NCBI GenBank assembly: GCA_000934665.2
Contig: KZ537976.1
Coordinates: forward strand, 175,093 to 195,092
Direction of reading: 5' to 3'
DNA length: 20,000 nt
From: Catajapyx aquilonaris
Lineage: Eukaryota
In this document: positions 13,160-20,000 of the stretch, in pieces
Layout of the letters: each line of letters opens with the position of its first letter
Position numbering within the stretch: the first letter of the stretch is position 1
Notes under the pieces: model-generated
What the model saw: the letters and a program-made list of their open reading frames with translations, nothing else
Database searches by the model: none
What the model was told of the DNA's origin: nothing
Position numbers and translations under genes: made by a program

Positions 13160-13420
13160 GCTGGGCTCCAGCTCGCTAATTCACTGCTTTGTTGGTGGAA
13201 AATTGCTCGCGAAAAAGGTTCAGGAGGCAGTTAGTCGCACGGAACTGGACACCAAGAGGACGGAACATGTCGCACGCTGCAGTTGATTGCATCAAAAATA
13301 TCAGCACCAGTCACAAATGTAGTTTTTACGAGCGCAACCTAGTGGGCAGATTTCACGGTTGGCATTATCAATGATGGCAGGTAATCTATCTGCATACACT
13401 TATTTCTAACGCTACTCTCG
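13160..13420 (+). mobile_element. Frameshifted hAT transposase C-terminal dimerisation-domain remnant
   Basis: Plus-strand pieces QLAN..GGK..KKVQEAV, CRTLQLIASKI (13268-13300), ERN (13330-13338), WADF (13343-13354) and GNL..YTY follow the order of the hAT C-terminus 'QL..F...G...WW...G..CP.LQ.IA.KILSQ..S...ERNWS.F...A.KLVY.Y.N'. Several frameshifts are needed. Confidence 0.45.
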
Positions 13421-13719
13421 GGGGGTATTGCGACGTTGCCAAGGCTCTAGCTCTAGAACAAACCTAGGAGGCTGCTGGTGTGAAATTGGCCCCCGAGGAG
13501 TAACTCTGGCAACGTTGTTGTCAGAACAAGCTGCGCGCGTGTGAGTGCGCACTCGGTTGCTCTCGTAAAAAATCATCTAGCATCTACCGGTTTTTCACAG
13601 CTATGTTTTTTGTGAATAGCCAGTTCCCAGTTGATGCTAACTTGCTCATTAGCAGTTCCAATTCAAAATGGCGTCAAATTGCGCTCCCAATTTGCTTAAT
13701 TTAAAGAGTGTCGTTGACG

Positions 13720-14290
13720 TTAGGAGTCATCAGAGACAATGTACTCCCTGCGAGGATCCATGGTTTGCAGGCCCTTTTGCGATTCTGGCGTCACCTGCAG
13801 CTGACAGGGGCGGGGGCCTTGCAAGGCCGGCCTAAAGCCATGGGGGGTGCAAGACCAGGCAAAAGCCACCAGGGGCTTTTGCAATTAAATCGCTTCGAAT
13901 TGGTGCCAAGTGGCCGTCGACTCCCTGGAGGTCACCAGGCTCCCAGAGAAGAGGCAGATGGGGCTTAATGGGAAAGCCGGTCTTAAGGAGCTGGAATCTC
14001 GCGGGCCAAGAAAAGTGCTCGGGACACGTATTAGAGAGAAGATGAGTTCGCACTCTTCGCCACACTTTCCAATGATTTTTCCTCTTTCTTCTTAATTTTT
14101 TTTAGGTGCCACCCTGCACTTTTTTTGTGTGTTGGTTGGAGATGGTGACAGAGGAGCGTCATTTGTCGCGGTTGAATGCCTGGAGTAATCTGACTTGTCG
14201 GACGCTTCGTCATCTGAGTCGATATAGTCGCGAGGGAGCTGCGGAGTCTTTGAATCAAGCAATTGAGCTTCTGATCCCAGCAAACACCGC
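13720..14290 (-). mobile_element. Pseudogenised N-terminal part of a piggyBac-like transposase
   Basis: One minus-strand frame with internal stops reads an acidic N-terminus DYIDSDDEASDKSDYS, then VPSTFLGP...SPICLFS..VT...AI*LQK....AW...REYIVSDD. This is collinear with the piggyBac (DDE_Tnp_1_7) pattern 'P.FTGP...SPLDLF.LF.T...ETN.YA.QK...W...DYWS.D'. Confidence 0.45.
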
Positions 14291-14542
14291 TGGAATCATG
14301 GAAACTGACTAGAACGTGCCGATTCGTGCCGTTCTGCACCACTGACCACTGGGAATATCGCCTGTGGCCTGCCAAACGTAGCATAAGACGACATGCATTA
14401 ATAATATTATCCTTCGTCCAAACCGCTCTAATTTTTTTTCAAAATCGAAAATGCAGAATTTGTACGCTCGCGAGAGCATGAAACTAAAGGTCGTTAATAA
14501 ATGCAAAGCTTGTGTAAACAAGGAACTGCTCGTTCGGAAATG

Positions 14543-14574
14543 CTAATTAATTAGGATTCCAGGAATTCCCGGGA
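14543..14574. promoter_or_regulatory. Compact motif cluster: palindromic homeodomain site plus tandem STAT-like sites
   Basis: CTAATTAATTAG (14543-14554) is followed by TTCCAGGAA (14557-14565, perfect TTCN3GAA) and TTCCCGGGA (14566-14574). A kappaB-like GGAATTCCC spans the junction of the last two. Confidence 0.3.
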
Positions 14575-14751
14575 GGCCCACTCACTCCCGAAATGTCGTT
14601 AGAAGCATGGGAAATGCTGCGCCAGTCAGGAATGGGGAGTAGGAGGAAAATGGGAGGGGGGTTGGATATGCGAAATTGGTATCTTCTGTGGTTTGTTTCC
14701 AAGCTGTGAGGTTGATGCCTTGGTGCTGAGGCCAACCCAGGGTATATACAG

Positions 14752-14810
14752 AGCAGCAGCAGAGAGAACAGCAGCAGCAGCAAGCCCCCCCCCCCCCCCC
14801 CCNCCCCCCC
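14752..14810. repeat. Interrupted (CAG)n followed by a ~26 nt poly-C run containing one N
   Basis: gcagcagcagagagaacagcagcagcagcaag is followed by a C run at 14785-14810. Confidence 0.9.
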
Positions 14811-15419
14811 ATGTTTTCATAGGGGAATTTGCCAACATAAACGTTCGTTTTCGGTGAGGGTTTTTGGTGGGTGGTGGGGTTGGTGAGGCTCGGACCAGCA
14901 GTCTACTCGCCTGATATAATTACAACCGCATTGCGGGAAGCACGCCCCGACAAATATCGTTAATTTCGGCATGGCAGTGCACTGCGTTTGATTCGGATCC
15001 ATCTCTGTTGAGTAGACGAAACCACCATTTGTCATACGAGAATCAGTGTTAAACGCCGCTTGATCCGGATCAGGAGCATCAAGTATATATGAACCAACCC
15101 TTTAAGTATGAAATCATAGTCTCAACTTCAAAGATTAGTGATAGACGAACGATCCTCTTTTTTTGTAGATTTTCACACGAGAACGGAGGGTAATGCATCA
15201 TCAGCGAGCTTGGAGCAAAAACATGGTCGTCGGGGGTTAGGGCAACAATTAGGGGGAAAATCGTCAGGAAAAGCGGATAACCTCCATTCCGCTAGGTCGG
15301 ATAAGGGTAAGGTGGAAGCCAAGTGTGAAGATTTAGAAGCTCGAATAGGTTCGCAGTTTAAGTAACGGGGGAGGTTGTCGCTTTTGCCATTTACTAAAAA
15401 AAAAGAGAGAGGTCCTAAT

Positions 15420-16478
15420 CCAGCGTCTCTACGGTTACGAGAGTTTTGCAGTTTTGAGCAGATAGGGGAGGGAATGACAGGTCATCGATCAAGTCGAAAT
15501 CTGTTTCAAAATGCGGGTGTGGCCAGGTTTTAATGCAATTTTTTTTCATCCCCATGCATGTTTTAGCAGCGTGTTTTGCAAGGAGCTGCTGGGGTTTGGA
15601 ATGGAGAGATTGCTGCTTGAAGCTCAAGTTGTAGTTAAATTTTCAGGCTTTTTTTTTACTGTGAACAATTCGGTTTCAGAGTTGTAGCCGCGAGACACCT
15701 TTTTTTTGCAAGAGCGAACTAACAAACTGAATTTGAAAGAATACAGGCGACCGGAGCAGACAAAGAGTAATTTTGGAAGGTTCGAGAACTGTGTTTACAT
15801 TCATTAAACGACCATCATGCAAGGATGGGTGAGTTTTCGAAAATACACATGTGCGTTTGGACGGCTCTGCAATGTACAGTACATACCTATATTTTTTCCT
15901 GGCTGTTTTCTCGCCATATGAAATCGCCATGTTGCACCATATGAAACTTGTGGTACTGTACAAAATTAATATGGCTTCATTATTTTTCTTATTGCTCCTC
16001 TCGCATGTTTTTGAGTCAGCTCCATCTGACTTATTGCAAACAAAAGGGTCTTTCTCCCCTTGCTTTAGGAAACTTTGGTCTATTAATGTGGCCATCAGAT
16101 TTGGCCAAAACGAGTCCCCCCCTGCATAATGCATGCAATATGCTGTAATGTGTTAATAAATTGCGGGGCCAAGTACATGTCCTTTCCACATCCCTATAAA
16201 ATAAACGCACGTTTAACTGCACTTTCCATTAAAGTCCTTGCATCCCCCTCCACCCCCACCACCATATCCATTTGCATAACTGGATGGACGTCCCGGAGAA
16301 AATGGCTCCTGGGTCGGATTCGTAATTTGTAACCCACTTATGGAATGAATTCTTTCTAACTTCAAGGGGTAAAAAAAATGCGTCTGAGGTGATAGATTTG
16401 AAAACTTGGTGGGTGTCCCTGTCACCAGTTTTTGGGTAAAAAATTTGCGAAGTTTTCTAATTGCGCGTAAGACCCTGG
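15420..16478. mobile_element. Non-autonomous DNA transposon (~1.06 kb) with eroded ~85 bp terminal inverted repeats
   Basis: The left end is CCAGCGTCTCTACG...TGACAGG..CA.C.A.CAAGT..AAATCT. The reverse complement of the right end is CCAGGGTCT-TACG...TGACAGG..CA.C.A.CAAGT....AAATCT. The TGACAGG block starts 54 vs 53 nt from the start of the terminal CAG. The interior is non-coding and rich in A/T runs. No TSD is recognisable. Confidence 0.5.
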
Positions 16479-18574
16479 CAGATGATGTGACCCGGTGATA
16501 ACCCGTACTTTCAGAGCAGGATGGCTACAAAAAGTCTCCCTTTGATAAGTGCCGGAAGCAATCCTGCTTCTAACCTTTCTCTCTCTCTTATGACCTCAAA
16601 TAAGAAAAAAAAAAGCCCGAAGCAACCGACTGCGCGCCCACTTATCTCGGGTAACCAGATCGACCTCTTGCCATTCCTTGCTCACTCATTTTGCCAACTT
16701 TTTAAAGCAGCAAGGAACAAAATAATGTCTCCGATGAATCGAACTTGCGAGCAATATTTTATCAATAATAAACGTCTACTTTATGCACAGAATTTTGATA
16801 TTCGATATATCGAGTGAGATACATTTGTATGGATTTTTGGATATCCTATAATATTACACAGCCTATACATGTGTATTACGGTGTGGCAAGGTAGTACGTT
16901 ACATTATTTATAACTCCATGCGAACATCCGCTGCAGGGAGGGGGTGACCACCCGGGCTAATTAGGCTTACGAGGATGTGGTAATGAGCTAGGTGTAGTGC
17001 TGGGGTGACATGTGATTTGGCGGAGGTTCACGGTGGCTTTGCTCGGTACATACTGTACACATGCGGTGGCTGGCAAACGAGACGGAAAATGTTATTCATT
17101 ATAACAACCCGGAGTCAAAAACTGTAGCAAAGAGCAACGCTAAAAATTTGTTCTGGTTAATAATTTGCTTGTTGCTAATAGACGTTGTTGAGCATCGTGA
17201 GCAGATAGGTTGTCGACATTTTAATCTGATCCTTGGACTTCCCATCTCCAGCAGACCGCCATAAACTCCTGGAAGGGATGGCATCCTTATCACCTCTCCA
17301 CCGAGCGTCCCACGGGAATAGGTGGGTTTGGGAGTAACTTGATGGGTGAACAGGAGGGGAGGGGGGGCAGAAGCTAGTCTTTAATTACCCCAATCTTCCG
17401 CTGACTGGAGGAAAGTTTGCCGGTGAACCGGGAGGAAAAGAAAAAGAAAAGAAGAAGAGAGGCCTGCAGGAATCGGGCATTGATTGCTCCAAAGAGATCA
17501 ACTGACAAGCCAGAACTCAATTCCTCCTTTGTTTTCCGCTCTATAGAGTTTCTCTCCCCTTCCCTACGACCAGTCGCCATTTAATATATTGAGTCATTTT
17601 GATTTAGGATATTGCTTTCTAAGCGGTCAGCAGCAAATAAGGCGGAGAGGGGGGAGGGAGGCTGTTCATAAAAGACGCTCCCTGGTCTGCTGGAGGAAGG
17701 TTTAGTTGGCTGCCAAATTCAGTCCGAATAAAAAGAGGGCATTGGCAAACATGGCCTCAAGTTCTTTTGCTCAAATTATGTGAGGATACAACCGTGTTTA
17801 TTTTCAATCTTGCTCAATTTGGCAGTGTTTCTTCTTGAAGTGCAGTTCCAGTCATATGCACAAAAAATATTGTAATTGATGTGATATGTCGTGACTGCAT
17901 GTAATTACGTACCTAGTGGAAACTCCCTGTTGTTCTGAGTCCGGAATAATAAGCATTACAGTATTTCCACGAAGATAAACGTCAGAGTACTGCAAGAAAT
18001 ACCATAAACAGTATTTAAAACAAGCAATGATAATTATATACTCTTGCAGCAAAATGTGGGAAGGAAAACAATGCTTATAACAGTGCAGTGCCATAATAAT
18101 ATTTACAACATTGTGTCTTTAATGGCGGCGGTGATGGACGTCCCGTTGCGTCCATTCCGCTCTCTTTGACCTCACCTGTCCGGCGCCTCCTGGACACCTG
18201 GCGACACCTGTCATGATCCGGGTGCCATTCCAATAAATACTTTTCCAAGTGCTGGTGCAGCATCAGACGGCGGGTGTATGCGGCGGACGTCCAATTTCCG
18301 TCATGCCTCTGAAGTACGGCCACAAAGGAGGGCTGCTGGGGGTGTAAATGCAGGCCGAGTGTGTAACATTGGGTGGCGTCGGGGGCGTCGGCTTGGCGTC
18401 GGCGGTGGGGGGAAGGAGGGGGAGGAGGATTTCCTTCCCCGGCGGTTTCCCTCCCTTTGGCGGACATTTGCCGCTTCCCTAATCTCATGCATAATGCGCG
18501 ACTACTGCTGCTACTAGCACTACTACTGTCCCGGATCCAAATCCGGCCTTTATACGGGGTGGTAAGCTGCCCAA

Positions 18575-18835
18575 GTTGATAACCGTATATTCTTGAGCCG
18601 GTAGGGTTTGTTTTATTAAAACGACGCGTAATCTTTGATTTAGTGTGATATGCGAGTGCTCATCCAATATTGCGCAGGTCCAGTCGATTGGAAATAACAC
18701 TATACTAGTTTTCGGGCCTGCTTGTAAACGCATTATGTTGCAATTCCGACACTGTGTGTCCCGGAGATGCCGGACAGTCGTCTGTTGGCAAACACCGGAT
18801 GTCCCCCTTTCCTGGCGAGCACAATTCACTCGCAC
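18575..18835 (-). mobile_element. Degenerate Tc1/mariner (maT/Tc3-like) transposase fragment
   Basis: ORF 18485-18835(-) contains ARQ...SGVCQQTTVRHLRD, like the HTH 'AR.LGVS..TV.R.L..D'. It continues with NIMRLQ and ILDEHSHITLN, like the first catalytic-D motif 'I.FSDE.HF.LN'. After a frameshift comes FNKTN...RIYG (18620-18581), like 'FN.QN.RIY'. Confidence 0.4.
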
Positions 18836-19779
18836 CTTGGTCTAATTGGTCGCCTGTGACTCACTCAGTGCATTAGTAATCAAGCTAGACGAGACGTCCG
18901 GGGAGGGTAGGAAGGAAATGGGACTTCCGGCATCAGGATTTGATTCGCTAGAATGACAACAGGTGTAGTATGAGACCCTCTTACTTGAGAGGTGACGTTG
19001 GCAACCCTAGTGGTTATGCGATGTAAATAATACCCCGTGAAATTATTTAAAATGGAATTTAAACACTGACTGGATACGAACTGTCTGGTGCTAATGTCGC
19101 TGGTATCTTCTGATGAATATACCGGCTGTCCTACCGGTATGCTGTGTATCTGCAGTACTGTAAGTTAATTATTATTATGCAAAAAGGTTGTCGGATGGAG
19201 TTCAACATTTAATGTTCTGAAATGAAATTACTGTCCACAGTTTTTTTTTACCGACACTTTTTACCCACCAACTATATAATACGCTTAATGATTGAAACGT
19301 GGTTTTCTGTAAAAGTACAGCAACATGCTGTTTCTTTGTTAAAAAATTTAACCAGAGGCCTAGGGATATGAATAATTTCACTCTACGCATTATTATTTTA
19401 CGCCCACATTATTTAGCCTTACCGAAACCAGTAATCCACATAGTTCACTGTATATATGCAGCCTAATATTCCAACACACTGCGAGAACCTCCATTGCCAC
19501 TCTCTGTGATATTTCTTTTGACATTGCACATGCACTATTAAATTATGAATACCGCATACCACACCTCTCAAAGCACATTATCACCTTAATAAATTTGCGC
19601 CTTTATGCAACAATGCAAGTACACCAGACTCGGTCCTCTTTTGGGTTTAAAAAATAATAAATATTACGGCTCACCGCAACATTTGTATCAATGAACTGAG
19701 CTAACCTCACTAGCTTAACTGGCCTCGTGTACAGGGCGGTACACATTTCAAGTCTTAACTTTAATAATAGGAGAATGGT

Positions 19780-20000
19780 TTAGGACTTTAGTTGAAATGG
19801 TTGATGGTTGTTTATCCCCAACTGTTTAGTGCGTTTGTTGTTGTTGTTTGCGCATTGTTTTTGGAAGAAGTCGGGCGTAATTTCTTCCAGTATTATGCAG
19901 TGGGCCACCCTGTAGTTTTGTAGCTTCACAAAGCCCGCGCCTCTGGTCACACGAGTGTTGCAGTAATCCGGGTTATATTTCAACCCGGAGTCGCCGAGGG
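19780..20000 (-). mobile_element. Second CR1/L2-type LINE ORF2 C-terminal remnant, probably continuing beyond the window edge
   Basis: ORF 19780-19983(-) has PDYCNT...VKLQNYRVAHCIIL...KQLG, resembling 'LDYCN.VW...KLQNRAARIIL...L.QLGW'. Confidence 0.35.

Noticed and set aside
3511..14055. Shared 14-mer GAGTGCGAACTCAT (3511 +, 14042 -) forming a GNRA hairpin
   Set aside because: About one 14-mer match is expected by chance in 20 kb over both strands, and the flanks do not align.
14547..14812. Signal-peptide-like LLLLFSLLLLCIYPGLASA on the minus strand
   Set aside because: It is produced by the CTG repeat. The ATG is separated from it by a poly-G of uncertain length and is out of frame as assembled, and there is no convincing donor or domain.
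486..14931. Shared 14-mer AATTACAACCGCAT (486 and 14918)
   Set aside because: Chance-level match with no extension.
18650..18700. LFPIDWTCAILDEHSH resembling SNF2 helicase motif II
   Set aside because: No other helicase motifs; the context fits a Tc1/mariner remnant better.

Overview
Eukaryotic, almost certainly non-coding genomic DNA, most likely from an invertebrate animal. CpG is not obviously depleted, and microsatellites, homopolymer runs and an N gap are present. I found no intact protein-coding gene, tRNA/rRNA, CRISPR array or prokaryotic feature; the ORF track looks like background. The window is a mosaic. One component is very old, frameshifted transposon fossils recognisable only from residual protein motifs: a CR1/L2-type LINE 3' end with an AATAAA/(TGGTAA)n tail, piggyBac, hAT, Tc1/mariner and possibly MULE fragments, plus a ~1.06 kb element with eroded terminal inverted repeats. 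The other is G/C-run-rich islands with many animal transcription-factor-like motifs (CSL/Su(H), COE, Sox, STAT, homeodomain), which suggests a large cis-regulatory intergenic or intronic region. All family calls are by-eye motif matches, not database results. I cannot support a claim of a novel biological system here.
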